A stretch of 64,000 nt of DNA from Woeseiaceae bacterium (GTDB lineage Bacteria > Pseudomonadota > Gammaproteobacteria > Steroidobacterales > Woeseiaceae). The stretch is from assembly GCA_965224645.1 (NCBI GenBank), contig OZ245053.1, positions 3,350,881-3,414,880 on the forward strand. Direction: 5' to 3'. Both the position numbers and the translations under genes were made by a program. This document shows positions 18,257 to 28,649 of the stretch, piece by piece (within the stretch, counting starts at the first letter, position 1; each line of letters opens with the position of its first letter). The notes beneath the pieces were generated by a model. It had not been told where the DNA came from. It worked only from the letters and a program-made list of their open reading frames with translations, and made no database searches.

Positions 18257-20520
18257 ATCGAATTACAGGTATCGCGTGCATATTCACGGCCCTGTTCTGG
18301 CAGACGGGTGCCGCATTCGCGGAATTGCCATCCGCTTATCATGACCTGTTCAAGGCGGGCGAATTTCTGGACGGTCGGCCGGGCGAGTCGGCCTGGGCGG
18401 ATGATGGTAGCGGGCTTTGGCACAAGGCGGATGGCCGCCTTCAGCTGATCGATCCCAGGAATGGGAACATCATTGCAAATTACGATGCGCGACGCTTGCA
18501 ACAGTCGATGACGGACCAGTTCGGACCGATGTCCGCTGTGCCATTGCGCTTGCAGACCGTGCAAGCGATCGACGCCGATACCCTTGAATTCGAATGGCTC
18601 GAGGCGTCGATTACCTACAGCGAGGATGCTGGAGCGGTCAGTGTTGAGGAGGGCAAGGGCCCAATTCCTCCGGGCCGGTTTATCCGCAACCGCTTTCTCT
18701 TCGACGGTAATCCCGTACCCGATCTCGTGTCGGGATCAGGAGCGCAGGTAGCCACGATTATCGATGGGAATATCCACGTACGATCGCACGGTAGCCAGGA
18801 GTGGCGGCAAGTTACAGATGATGCAAGCGAGCGGCACGGTTGGGACCTTGCCAGCGGCAAAATGAACTTGCCGCATATTCGCAGTGTTGCGACCAATGCT
18901 TTTGCACGATCGGGTGCCTACCTGTTTGCGCAAAAGATCAACCGTACCGGAATGCCTGAGTTTCCGGCATTGAACATCATCACGGATGACGTGCCCACCG
19001 TGGTCTATCATGATGACTTCCGTGCAGGCGGTCCCTATTACATCTATCAGCCCGCCATTATCGATATCGCTGCCGGCAAAGCGGTGATGCTATCGGGTGT
19101 CGATGTGTCGAAAGAGCATGTGCTCTTCCTGGATTGGGACGAAGACTCCGAATTCGCGTGGTTCGCCGCGATCAACCGGGACTTCAGCGAAATCCGGGTC
19201 CTGCGTGCGATGGCGAAAGACGCAAAAGCGGAAGTTGTATTCACGGAGAAAGGCGGTCGTGGCCTGGTGCCCCCACATCAGGCCTATTACGTCGAAAGCG
19301 TTGGATTTACGCTTCTTCCGGGAAATCGCGGCTTCCTGTTCGAGTCCCAACGGGATGGTTGGAAGCATCTGTATCACTACGACCTTGACGGCGAGCTCGT
19401 GCGCCAGATTACGAGCGGCGAGTTTCCGGTTGCGAACGTCGAGTATTTCGATGCTGCTGAGGAACGCGTTTACTTCATGGCTCGTAGTGACCTCGAGCGG
19501 CCCTACGACCTGCATCTGCACAGCATGAAATTGGACGGCAGCGCTGCGCGGCAGCACACAGCCGAGCACGGGGTTCACGCTGTCGCATTCTCGCCTGACG
19601 GCGCCTACTTTTCCGATGCCTGGTCTTCGCCGACGTCGCCGCCGGCTTTGTCTATCTCGACCAGCGACGGCGAAACGCGGCATGTCGTCGCCCAATCTGG
19701 TATTGAGAGACTCAAGCCACTGGGTTGGACGCCGCCGGTCGAGTTCGTCGCCAAGGCAGCGGATGGAGAAACCGATGTCTACGGCACAATGTACCTGCCC
19801 CTGAATTTTGACGCATCCGGTTCCTATCCAATCATCGAAGAGATCTACGGCGGCCTGTTCCTGATTAAGGGCGATCATGAGTTTCTGGCATCACCTTACA
19901 CGTCACAAAACTACCCTCTAGCGTTGACTGCGTTGGGCTACATTGTGGTTCGGTTCGATACGCCCGGCACAATCGGCCGTTCTCGTGACTTCGCCAGAGC
20001 GGTCGACGACAAGTGGGGCCCGGGAGTTATTGCCGACCATGCTGCTGTGATTCGAGATCTTGGGAGACAATATGACTATGTCGACAGTTCCAGAGTCGGC
20101 ATCTTTGGCCACAGCTGGGGCGGATACTATGCACTCATGGCGCTGGCGCTCGAGGGCGATACCTACGATGCGGCGATATCTACCGCGCCTGGCGTTTACT
20201 CGGATTCGAGCAGGGGCGATGCATTCATGGAGGCGCATCTCGGCAGCCCGAATGACAACCCTGAAGCCTGGGACAGGGCGAACTTCTTCCGGTATGCGGA
20301 TGCAATCGAAAACCCGTTGCTGTTGGGCGTGGGCAACAGGGACTACGGCTTGTATGCGGCAGTGATCCGAATCACCGATGCGCTGATCAAGCGCGGGTTC
20401 CAACATGAGGTGATGATTGCGCCGACTATGGGGCATGGAATTTATGGACCTTATGAGTCCTACTTCTTCGAGAAGTCCACACAATTTTTGCTCAAGCACG
20501 TCCCGGTTAGTAAGGACTGA
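18250..20520 (+). CDS. S9-family serine peptidase (dipeptidyl-peptidase IV / prolyl oligopeptidase-like), secreted
   Basis: It has a signal-like N-terminus, a long beta-propeller-type N-terminal region and a C-terminal alpha/beta hydrolase domain with the nucleophile elbow GIFGHSWGGYYA. Confidence 0.85.
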   Translation: MLNRITGIACIFTALFWQTGAAFAELPSAYHDLFKAGEFLDGRPGESAWADDGSGLWHKADGRLQLIDPRNGNIIANYDARRLQQSMTDQFGPMSAVPLRLQTVQAIDADTLEFEWLEASITYSEDAGAVSVEEGKGPIPPGRFIRNRFLFDGNPVPDLVSGSGAQVATIIDGNIHVRSHGSQEWRQVTDDASERHGWDLASGKMNLPHIRSVATNAFARSGAYLFAQKINRTGMPEFPALNIITDDVPTVVYHDDFRAGGPYYIYQPAIIDIAAGKAVMLSGVDVSKEHVLFLDWDEDSEFAWFAAINRDFSEIRVLRAMAKDAKAEVVFTEKGGRGLVPPHQAYYVESVGFTLLPGNRGFLFESQRDGWKHLYHYDLDGELVRQITSGEFPVANVEYFDAAEERVYFMARSDLERPYDLHLHSMKLDGSAARQHTAEHGVHAVAFSPDGAYFSDAWSSPTSPPALSISTSDGETRHVVAQSGIERLKPLGWTPPVEFVAKAADGETDVYGTMYLPLNFDASGSYPIIEEIYGGLFLIKGDHEFLASPYTSQNYPLALTALGYIVVRFDTPGTIGRSRDFARAVDDKWGPGVIADHAAVIRDLGRQYDYVDSSRVGIFGHSWGGYYALMALALEGDTYDAAISTAPGVYSDSSRGDAFMEAHLGSPNDNPEAWDRANFFRYADAIENPLLLGVGNRDYGLYAAVIRITDALIKRGFQHEVMIAPTMGHGIYGPYESYFFEKSTQFLLKHVPVSKD

Positions 20521-20522
20521 CT

Positions 20523-21752
20523 GTGACTATGAAAAATAAACAGCTTCGTGCTCTTTCGCTAATGTGCGCGCTGGCAGCACTGCTCTTAGGTTGCGGTCCT
20601 GCGCAGGACGAAGCCGCCGAAGACTCGCTTGCGCAAGCGCGGGCGTTGTTGCGGTCGACACCCTTAATCGATGGGCACAATGATCTGCCGTGGCTGATTC
20701 GTGAGGAGACTGGCGGCGATGTTCGGGCGTTTCGCCTTGAGACTGTGACCGAGTTCGACACAGACATTCCCAAGCTGCGTGAAGGACTCGTGGGGGCGCA
20801 ATTCTGGTCGGTCTGGATTCCTGGTGAAACGCCTGTAGCTGAACGAAAGAGCCTACAGCTGAAACAAATTGAAACTGCTCTTCGAATCATCGATACGCAT
20901 GCCGATACATTTGAGCTGGCGCTGACCGCTGCGGATATCGAGCGTGTATATGGCAGCGGCAAGATCGCGTCCCTGTTGGGCATGGAAGGCGGCTATGGCA
21001 TCAACAACTCGTTGGATGCGCTGCGTGAATATCATCGAATGGGCGTTCGATATATGACATTGACGCATAACGTAACCCTGGACTGGGCCGATGCGGCCCT
21101 TGGTGAACATCGTCATGGTGGGTTAACAGATTTCGGACGGGAAACCGTTAGGGAAATGAACCGGATCGGTATGATCGTTGATATAGCGCATACGTCGCGC
21201 GAAACGATGCAGCAGGTCATGGACACGTCGTCGGCGCCCGTGATCTGGTCGCATGCGGCGGCCGCTGGTCTGGTCGATCACCCTCGGAATGTGCCGGACA
21301 TTGTGCTGTCAGCACTGCCGGAGAACGGCGGTGTTGTAATGGTGACATTCATTCCCTCGTTCTTGTCCAATGACGTCTGGCAAATGCAGGAGAAAATCTG
21401 GGCAACGGACAAGCCCATAACCTCCATCCGGGATCTACGCGAGGTGTGGTTGGCCTACGACGCCGAGCACGGAGCGATTCGGGCATCGATCAATGATGTT
21501 GCGGATCATATTGAATACATCAGGGACGTCGCGGGAGTCGATCACGTAGGAATAGGCAGTGACTTCTGGGGAATGCCCGACATGCCGATTGGTCTCGAGG
21601 ACACGTCGAAGTTCCCCCACCTGTTCGCGCTGCTGATTGAACGCGGCTGGAGTGACGAGGACCTGCGCAAGTTGGCGGGAGAAAATCTGCTGCGCGTCAT
21701 GCGAGACGTCGAGTCAGTTGCCGAGATGTTGCAGTCGGAGTCCGGAGGCTAG
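20523..21752 (+). CDS. Membrane (renal-type) dipeptidase, peptidase family M19, lipoprotein
   Basis: The lipobox is ALLLGC. The M19 motifs are [24 protein letters not shown] and GIGSDFWG. Confidence 0.9.
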   Translation: MTMKNKQLRALSLMCALAALLLGCGPAQDEAAEDSLAQARALLRSTPLIDGHNDLPWLIREETGGDVRAFRLETVTEFDTDIPKLREGLVGAQFWSVWIPGETPVAERKSLQLKQIETALRIIDTHADTFELALTAADIERVYGSGKIASLLGMEGGYGINNSLDALREYHRMGVRYMTLTHNVTLDWADAALGEHRHGGLTDFGRETVREMNRIGMIVDIAHTSRETMQQVMDTSSAPVIWSHAAAAGLVDHPRNVPDIVLSALPENGGVVMVTFIPSFLSNDVWQMQEKIWATDKPITSIRDLREVWLAYDAEHGAIRASINDVADHIEYIRDVAGVDHVGIGSDFWGMPDMPIGLEDTSKFPHLFALLIERGWSDEDLRKLAGENLLRVMRDVESVAEMLQSESGG

Positions 21753-22087
21753 TCGCCCGCGCCCGCCACCGCGGAGAAGAACTTTTCGAACTTGTCATCG
21801 ATCCCTGCGTAATCGTCAGCATCGGCGGGCGGCGTCTTGCGAACGGTAATCACTGGCCATTCTTCGCTGTAAGTCGAGTTTAGCTGAAGCCAGCGCTCAG
21901 CCTCTTCCAGTGAGTCAGGTAGTATTGCTTCCTCGGGGCACTCCGCCTCGCAGACTCCGCAATCGATGCACTCGTAGGGGTTGATGACGAGCATGTTCGC
22001 TCCTTCGTGAAAGCAGTCAACAGGACATACCTCCACACACTCCATGTACTTGCAGCGGATGCAATGTTCCGTAACAACGTACGTCAC
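21749..22087 (-). CDS. fdxA: 7Fe ferredoxin (3Fe-4S + 4Fe-4S), FdxA type
   Basis: [29 protein letters not shown]...[16 protein letters not shown] is the classic Azotobacter-type ferredoxin I Cys pattern. Confidence 0.9.
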   Translation of the reverse strand: MTYVVTEHCIRCKYMECVEVCPVDCFHEGANMLVINPYECIDCGVCEAECPEEAILPDSLEEAERWLQLNSTYSEEWPVITVRKTPPADADDYAGIDDKFEKFFSAVAGAGD

Positions 22088-22773
22088 GATTCGGCCTCAC
22101 AGATGAAGCTTGCGATTTCGTTCAGTGGCTTTTTGTACTTCGCATACTTTGGAACGACAGCATCGTCCGCCGGATGACCGACAACGAGCAGGATATAGGG
22201 CCGCTCGGTATCCGGTCTGCTCAGGATCTCACTGAGAAACTTCATCGGTTTCGGTGTGTGAGTCAACGTGGCAAGCCCGGCCGAGTGAAGCGCATTAATC
22301 AGGAATCCCGTGGCGATGCCTACCGATTCAGGGACGTAGTAATTCTTACGCCGTACTCCCGATTCATCGATGCTACGCCGCTGCGCGAATATGGCGATCA
22401 GCCAGGGAGCAACTTCAAGGTATGGCTTGCTTGCATGGGTACCCACTTTCTCCAGATGGCCCAGCCACTCTTCTCCGGCTCGGCCGCCGTAAAATGCTTG
22501 TTCTTCCTTTTCGGCCGCAAGGCGAATCTGCCGTTTTATATTCGACTCGTTTACAGCGACGAAATGCCATGGCTGGTGGTTGGCGCCATTGGGCGCTGTT
22601 CCGGCAGACCGTATCGCTGCCTCGATGACTTGGCGTGAAACCGGCTTGTCCGAAAATTCACGTACCGTATGGCGCTGCTTGATGTGCTGGTAGTAGTCCT
22701 CTGCGCGCTTGAGCATCTCCACGTCGTTGTAGGAGAAGCGATCTGGAAGGGGTATTGGTTCGTAGTTGGCCAT
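22084..22773 (-). CDS. Nitroreductase-superfamily flavoprotein (iodotyrosine-dehalogenase-like subgroup)
   Basis: 229 aa. [37 protein letters not shown] is the nitroreductase N-terminal FMN motif. It is translationally coupled to fdxA by a 4-nt overlap. Confidence 0.8.
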   Translation of the reverse strand: MANYEPIPLPDRFSYNDVEMLKRAEDYYQHIKQRHTVREFSDKPVSRQVIEAAIRSAGTAPNGANHQPWHFVAVNESNIKRQIRLAAEKEEQAFYGGRAGEEWLGHLEKVGTHASKPYLEVAPWLIAIFAQRRSIDESGVRRKNYYVPESVGIATGFLINALHSAGLATLTHTPKPMKFLSEILSRPDTERPYILLVVGHPADDAVVPKYAKYKKPLNEIASFICEAES

Positions 22774-22930
22774 TTCTTTCCGCTACTTGTTGACTGATGA
22801 TTGCTGAGCAATCTATCCCGAATCGGGCGAGAAATGGTTGCAATATCCTCAGAAAATGACATAAATACGAGAAATACGCATCAATATTGATAAAAATAAG
22901 GGAAAAAGTTTCATCCCTCAGCGAGGCGAC

Positions 22931-23398
22931 ATGACCGACGTAGCACTGGACCAGATCGACGCGAAAATTCTCACGCTTCTGCAAGACGACGCCCGCGCGA
23001 CGTTGAACGAGATTTCCAGTCAAGTGCACATGTCCACGTCGCAAGTCCAACGACGGATTCGACGACTCGAGGAAGCTGCGGTAGTCCTTGGTTATACGGC
23101 TCGCATCGATGCGGCGGCGGTGGGCCTAGAAGTAGGGGCGTTCGTGGAGGTGACACTCGATGCACAGGACGCTCGCGCAGCTGATGCCTTTCACAAGGCG
23201 ATAAGGGCAATTCCGGAGGTGCTTGAGTGCCATCGGGTGAGCGGCGACGCTGATTACCTGTTGCGTATCGTCACCGAAGATCTCAAAGGGTATTCGTCGT
23301 TCGCACAGGAGACTATTCTTGCGATTCCCCAAGTAGGCCGTCTTCGATCTATGATCATTTTCGAATCGCCCAAAGACACGACAACCTTGCCACTTTGA
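22931..23398 (+). CDS. Lrp/AsnC-family transcriptional regulator
   Basis: 155 aa. LDQIDAKILTLLQDDARATLNEISSQVHMSTSQVQRRIRRLEE is an HTH_AsnC domain, followed by a C-terminal RAM domain (ECHRVSGDADYLLRI). Confidence 0.9.
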   Translation: MTDVALDQIDAKILTLLQDDARATLNEISSQVHMSTSQVQRRIRRLEEAAVVLGYTARIDAAAVGLEVGAFVEVTLDAQDARAADAFHKAIRAIPEVLECHRVSGDADYLLRIVTEDLKGYSSFAQETILAIPQVGRLRSMIIFESPKDTTTLPL

Positions 23399-23700
23399 TT
23401 CGTTCCTTTGGCACCACTGTCCCCCAGATTCTAACAATCGGATATGGCTAAACCATGTTGCCATCGAGTAGTTCCTCGTCAAACGAATCGACGAACGCCT
23501 CCATGCAGCTTCGCAACAAGCCGCTGTCGACTAATCTTTGGATGTTCGATAGCAGATATTGTCTGAAGCCAGCCGAGTAAAGCACTGCGGAAGTTTTGAG
23601 TGATTCAGCTCTGCGTAGCTGAGCAGAGTAGGGCATTTGGTGCAACGGGCGGCCCTGCGGTTCGTCAATGATTACAACTACTTACGAATTGGTGGGCTAA

Positions 23701-23779
23701 CTATGAACCAGGCGGTCGGGAGATTGCGCCGACGAGCGAAGCGAGGACAGGCCAAAGGCCCATCTCTCAGGGTGCGCCA
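23701..23779 (+). other. Decayed tRNA-Arg-like 3' fragment (att-scar candidate) with the T-loop replaced by 41 nt
   Basis: CTATGAACCAGGCGGTCGGGAG (23701-23722) matches 21/22 nt of 37828-37849. CTCTCAGGGTGCGCCA (23764-23779) matches 14/16 nt of the tRNA 3' end at 37857-37872. Between them lie 41 nt where TTCGAAT is expected. I could not find a 5' acceptor, D-arm or pairing anticodon stem. Confidence 0.4.
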
Positions 23780-24085
23780 ATTCTTGTCAGAAAAATAATG
23801 GCTTGTACGCGACCAAGTGTACGGGCCCTTTTCTTGCGTCGTCACTTTGCCGACAGTTGATAACGAAAAGCCACAATTCCGTTTCAGGGCCAAGCAAACC
23901 GGATTCGGTCGCAACCGGCAATCGAATACCTGCGTCGGTTTTCGACCGATTATTCGCTACCTGAACAGAGATCACATGGTTGAGCACCAGGTATTTGGGT
24001 GACACTCGACGGCCAATTTGAACTGCATTATCGGCTGTCACTCAAAGAAATGAGCCTCCGGGAAACTCTGGGAGTTTCAGTCGGT

Positions 24086-24294
24086 CTATCTAACCAAGGG
24101 ATCTTTTGGCGTCATTGGAGTGTCAATCTCGATAGCCAGGTACTTTTCGAGCCGTTCTTCAGGTTGTAGGCAGGTAATGCCAGGCTTCTTCCACACGCTT
24201 CCACCAAAGTTTGATTTGCAGCTGAAACCATCCCAGGGTTCTATGCAAACGAATCGACCCTCGCCTTTTGACCAGAACGCCATCTGAGCGTAGT
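24086..24294 (-). pseudogene. C-terminal fragment of an aldose 1-epimerase-family gene, cut by IS3 insertion
   Basis: The C-terminal about 70 aa of ORF 24086..24427 (YAQMAFWSKGEGRFVCIEPWDGFSCKS...LQPEERLEKYLAIEI) resemble the end of galactose-mutarotase-like proteins (CIEPW motif). The upstream part of the ORF is the antisense of the IS3 end. Confidence 0.4.
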
Positions 24295-25229
24295 TGCCGC
24301 GGTAGACTCGAAGACCTGGGTTAGGTCCCGCTACACCGGACGGTTTGGTATAGCCTAGTTTCGTTTTTCTTTTCCTGTTCGAGTCTACTGCGCATCCGCG
24401 GATTGTAGAAGCTCTCGATGTAGTCAAAGATATCTGCTCGAGCTTCCGCTCGTGTTCGGTACTGACGTCGATTTACGCGCTCTCGTTTGAGCATGCCAAA
24501 GAACCCTTCGACGAGTGCGTTATCGGCGCAGCTGCCAACACCGCTCATGCTGCAGGTTACGTTGTGGCCTTGCAGGAAGCGTTGATACTCGACACTCGTG
24601 AACTGGCAGCCGCGATCGGAGTGCAGCACCAACGGCGACCGATCTTGTCGCTGCCAGAGCGCCATAAGCACCGCCTGAAGCACAAGCTGGCGATCCTGGA
24701 CAGCGCTCATCGACCAGCCGACGACCAATCGTGAGTACAGGTCGATGACCACGCACAGATACAACCAGTCCTCGGCGGTGCGAACGTAGGTGATGTCAGT
24801 CGCCCACTTTGTGTTCGCTTCCGAGGCTTCAAAGTCGCGATCCAGGTGGTTCTGTACGTGCGATGGTCGTGGCTGGCTGGCCTTCTTGCGCCAGCGTCGC
24901 TTCTGCGGGATGCCGTACAGACCGTCCAGCTTCATCAACCGACCGACGCGGTTAACGCTGGCTGTCTCGCCTTCATAGCGCAGATCCTCGTGGATGCGGC
25001 GCCGACCCAGGACACCGTCACTGGCCGCGTGGAGCTCGCGTATGCGAACCAGCAGCCTCTGGTTATCCAGGGCGCGCGCACTCGGTTCACGAGTGCGCCA
25101 CTCATAAAACCCACTGGCCGACACACCAAGACGCCGGCACATCATGCGAACTGGGAACGCGTCGCGGCACCGCTCGATCATGCGGTACTTCACTTCTGTT
25201 CTTTGGCGAAGAACGCAGCTGTAGATTCA
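24295..25229 (-). mobile_element. IS3-family element, 5'-truncated (orfA almost entirely lost); the left boundary is approximate
   Basis: It contains an intact orfB. Only the last 9 codons of orfA (AAFFAKEQK stop, minus strand 25227-25198) remain. They abut the IS30-type inverted repeat at 25230. Confidence 0.7.
24321..25193 (-). CDS. IS3-family transposase OrfB (DDE integrase core)
   Basis: 290 aa with WATDITYV, HSDRGCQFTS, DNALVEGFFGMLKRE and IFDYIESFYNPRMR, all hallmarks of the IS3 OrfB rve domain. Confidence 0.9.
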   Translation of the reverse strand: MKYRMIERCRDAFPVRMMCRRLGVSASGFYEWRTREPSARALDNQRLLVRIRELHAASDGVLGRRRIHEDLRYEGETASVNRVGRLMKLDGLYGIPQKRRWRKKASQPRPSHVQNHLDRDFEASEANTKWATDITYVRTAEDWLYLCVVIDLYSRLVVGWSMSAVQDRQLVLQAVLMALWQRQDRSPLVLHSDRGCQFTSVEYQRFLQGHNVTCSMSGVGSCADNALVEGFFGMLKRERVNRRQYRTRAEARADIFDYIESFYNPRMRSRLEQEKKNETRLYQTVRCSGT

Positions 25230-26254
25230 ATGGGTCAACGCAACACAAGATACTCAGATGCATACAACAGGAGATCTTGTAATGGCGAGACTAGGAAGGC
25301 CTGGTCTAACTGATGACCAGAAAGCTGAGCTTTGGGAACGCTGGCACAATGGCGAGGGTTACAGTGATATCGGACGAGCGATCGGCAAGTTCCCAGCGTC
25401 AGTCTTTGGGGTACTCAGGCTGTTCGGCGGATACGAGCCAGCGGCCCGAACCCGTTCAACCTCGCACCTCTCGCTCGCAGAGCGCGAGGAGATATCTCGA
25501 GGCCTAAGTGCCGGATACTCGATGAGAGAAATCGCTCAACAACTTAGGCGCTCGCCGTCGACGATCAGCCGCGAGATTGCGCGCAATGGAGGCTCTCGGC
25601 GGTACCGAGCGAACATCGCCGACGAGAAGGCTTGGGACCGCGCCCGGCGACCAAAGCTATGCCATCTAGCGCTGAACGGCTTCCTGCGGCGTATAGTCTC
25701 TTTGAAGCTGGCACAAGACTGGTCTCCAGAGCAGATCGCCGGCTGGCTCAAGCGCGGCTATCCTGATGACGAGACGATGCATGTGTCGTACGAAACGATC
25801 TACAAGAGCCTGTTCGTTCAGTCACGTGGCGTGCTGAAAAAGGAGCTCCAGAAGCATTTGAGGACCAAGCGACCGTTCCGACAGTCAAAGAAGCACAATA
25901 ACCGAGGTGCTCGTCGCGGTCAGATCATCGATGGTGTGCCGATCAGCGAACGGCCGGCGAGCATCGAGGATCGCGCAGTTCCCGGGCACTGGGAAGGCGA
26001 CCTTATAGCGGGGTCCGGCAACACCCACATCGCTACGCTTGTCGAACGGCAGTCGAGGTTCACGATGCTGGTGAAAGTAGATGGCAAGGACACCAAGACT
26101 GTCGTGGCCGCGCTATCTCGGCAAGTAAAGAAGCTGCCCAGTCAACTCCGCCAATCACTGACCTGGGATCGAGGAATGGAACTCGCCAACCATAAAGACT
26201 TCACGCTAGCGACCGACCTGCAGGTCTATTTTTGCGATCCTCAGAGTCCTTGGC
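25230..26254 (+). mobile_element. IS30-family element, 3'-truncated by IS21 insertion
   Basis: It starts with TGTAGATTCAATGGGTCAACGCAACAC, nearly identical to the IS30 left inverted repeat as I remember it. The transposase reading frame is broken at 26254, where the IS21 terminal repeat begins. No IS30 continuation follows the IS21 right end. Confidence 0.75.
25282..26254 (+). pseudogene. IS30-family transposase, C-terminally truncated
   Basis: MARLGRPGLTDDQKAELWERW..., then RSPSTISREIARN (HTH) and GHWEGDLI. The sequence ends at VYFCDPQSPW, where IS30 transposases normally continue. The last 7 codons of track ORF 25258..26277 are IS21 terminal-repeat sequence. Confidence 0.8.
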
Positions 26255-26359
26255 TGTTGATTTGCATCCAAAGTTGAGCCACTAAAGCGGATATTTGCAT
26301 CTAAAAATGACCCACGTGTAACCCTTCCCCTGCCGATGGACGGCGGGAGAGATTAAGGA

Positions 26360-27886
26360 GTGATAGACGTGGATTTATTGAGCGTAATTCGACGCTGGCA
26401 CGGCCGTGACAAGCTGTCGATACGAGAGATTGCGAGAAGAACGGGGCTGTCCCGCAACACCATCAGGAAGTACCTCGCCAACGGCGAGGTGACACCGAAG
26501 TACCCGGCGCGGAAGAGCGTCAGCAAGCGGGATCCGTACGCGGAGACCCTAGCGAGCTGGCTTAAGCGTGAGTCCAAGCGCAACAGGAAGCGCCGCCGTA
26601 ACCTGAAGCAGCTGCACCGGGATCTTGTGGCGCTGGGCTTTGACGGCTCCTACGACCGGGTCGCCGCCTTTGCCCGCGACCGGCGGCAACGCGAGCGCGA
26701 GCAAGCCAACCGGGCCAGTCGTGGCGCTTACGTGCCGCTGGCCTTCGAGCCGGGCGAGGCCTTTCAGTTCGACTGGAGCGAGGACTGGCTTCGCATCGGC
26801 AAGAAGAAGATTAAGCTGCAGATCGCCCACTTCAAGCTCTGCCACAGCAGGGCTTTCTTTCTGCGGGCCTACCTTACGCAGACGCACGAGATGCTGTTCG
26901 ATGCCCACAACCACGCGTTCCGCGTGTTGGGCGGCATTCCCGAGCGCGGCATCTACGACAACATGAAGACGGCGGTCGACAAGGTAGGCCGCGGCAAGAA
27001 GCGCCTAGTGAACGCGCGCTTCCGGGCCATGGTGAGCCACTACCTGTTCGAGTCGGAGTTCTGTAACCCGGCCGCCGGCTGGGAGAAGGGCCAGGTGGAG
27101 AAGAACGTCAGAGATGCTCGCCACCGCCTGCTGCAGGATGCTCCGGACTTTGCCGACCTTGCTGAGTGCAACGCCTGGCTGGAAGAGCGTTGCGTAGCGT
27201 TATGGTCAGAGACAGCCCACCCGGAACAGGGCAACCGCATGGTCGCCGAGGTCTACGAGGACGAACACAGCGCCCTGATGGCGATGCCGCCGGCCTTTGA
27301 CGGCTTTGTCGAGTGCAACAAGCGTGTCTCGCCGACCTGCCTCGTGGTGTTCGAGCGTAATCGCTACAGCGTGCCGGCGGCGTTCGCCAACCGGGTCGTT
27401 AGCCTGCGAGCCTATGCCAGCAAGATCGTGCTGGTCGCCGAGGCCGAGGTCATTGCCGAGCACGAGCGGGTCTTTAACCGCGACCACAACAGCAAGGGCA
27501 CCACGGTCTACGACTGGCGCCATTATCTGGCTGTCGTACAACGCAAGCCCGGAGCCCTGAGGAACGGCGCGCCGTTCGCCGAGTTGCCGAAGAGCTTCAA
27601 GCGCCTGCAGGCAGTGCTGATGAAGCGCGAAGGTGGCGATCGCGAGATGGCCGATATCCTGGCACTGGTGCTGCATCACGATGAGAAGCTCGTGGAGAAG
27701 GCGGTACGCGAGGCCATCCAGAGCGATGTCGTCTCCAAGACGCACATCATCAACCGGCTGAGCCGCTTACTCGATGCGCCGCCACCGGCGGCGCTTGAGC
27801 CACCGCCGGCACTCACCCTACGGGAAGATCCCGTTGCCAACACCGAGCGCTACGACAGCCTTAGGGGGATGAGCCATGTCTGCTGA
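26360..27886 (+). CDS. istA: IS21-family transposase IstA
   Basis: 508 aa with an N-terminal HTH ([21 protein letters not shown]) and an rve/DDE core. GTG start after AAGGAG. It overlaps istB by 11 nt. Confidence 0.9.
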   Translation: MIDVDLLSVIRRWHGRDKLSIREIARRTGLSRNTIRKYLANGEVTPKYPARKSVSKRDPYAETLASWLKRESKRNRKRRRNLKQLHRDLVALGFDGSYDRVAAFARDRRQREREQANRASRGAYVPLAFEPGEAFQFDWSEDWLRIGKKKIKLQIAHFKLCHSRAFFLRAYLTQTHEMLFDAHNHAFRVLGGIPERGIYDNMKTAVDKVGRGKKRLVNARFRAMVSHYLFESEFCNPAAGWEKGQVEKNVRDARHRLLQDAPDFADLAECNAWLEERCVALWSETAHPEQGNRMVAEVYEDEHSALMAMPPAFDGFVECNKRVSPTCLVVFERNRYSVPAAFANRVVSLRAYASKIVLVAEAEVIAEHERVFNRDHNSKGTTVYDWRHYLAVVQRKPGALRNGAPFAELPKSFKRLQAVLMKREGGDREMADILALVLHHDEKLVEKAVREAIQSDVVSKTHIINRLSRLLDAPPPAALEPPPALTLREDPVANTERYDSLRGMSHVC

Positions 27887-28649
27887 AGCCGTTGTCACCA
27901 CGCTCAAGTCGATGAAGCTGCACGGCATGGCGAGCGCCGTGGCAGAGCTTGCCGAGCAGGGATCCCCTGCGTTCAAGCAGTCCGGCGAGCTCCTCGACAA
28001 GCTCATCAAGGCCGAGGTCGCCGAGCGTGAAGTGCGTTCCATCAACTACCAGATGAAGATCGCTAAGTTCCCGGCCCATCGGGACCTTGCAGGGTTCGAG
28101 TTCAAGGAAAGCACCGTCTCAGAAGGCCAGATCAAGGCGCTACATCGCTGCGAGTTCCTCGACGACACCGAGAACATCGTCCTGGTTGGCGGCCCCGGCA
28201 CTGGCAAGACGCACATCGCAACAGCGATCGGCGTCCAGGCCATCATCCATCACCACCGGCGAGTACGGTTCCTGTCGACCATCGAGCTGGTCAATGCCCT
28301 CGAGCAGGAGAAGCTCAACGGCAAGCAAGGCAGGCTCGCCAACCGCATGACGCACGTCGATCTTGTCATCCTCGATGAGCTCGGCTACCTGCCGTTCAGT
28401 CAGACAGGCGGCGCCTTGCTGTTCCACTTCCTCTCAAAGCTTTACGAGAAGACCAGCCTGGTCATCACCACCAACCTGAGCTTCGCGGAATGGCCAACGG
28501 TCTTTGGTGATGCCAAGCTGACGACTGCCTTGCTTGACCGACTGTCGCACCACTGCCACATCCTAGAGACCGGTAACGACAGTTACCGACTCAAGAACTC
28601 AACCAGCAATCAGAAGGAGACAAAAGCTAAGAAAAAGGGCAAAACCTGA
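27876..28649 (+). CDS. istB: IS21-family helper ATPase IstB
   Basis: 257 aa with Walker [10 protein letters not shown] and Walker [10 protein letters not shown] (AAA+ IstB/DnaC-like). Confidence 0.9.
   Translation: MSAEAVVTTLKSMKLHGMASAVAELAEQGSPAFKQSGELLDKLIKAEVAEREVRSINYQMKIAKFPAHRDLAGFEFKESTVSEGQIKALHRCEFLDDTENIVLVGGPGTGKTHIATAIGVQAIIHHHRRVRFLSTIELVNALEQEKLNGKQGRLANRMTHVDLVILDELGYLPFSQTGGALLFHFLSKLYEKTSLVITTNLSFAEWPTVFGDAKLTTALLDRLSHHCHILETGNDSYRLKNSTSNQKETKAKKKGKT

Noticed and set aside
23448-24041. Small ORFs 23448..23645(-), 23678..23914(-) and 23787..24041(-) as real genes, for example a toxin/antitoxin
   Set aside because: They have no recognisable motifs. The second overlaps the tRNA-like scar. 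The region looks like junction debris between the core cluster and the IS pile. I cannot support calls.
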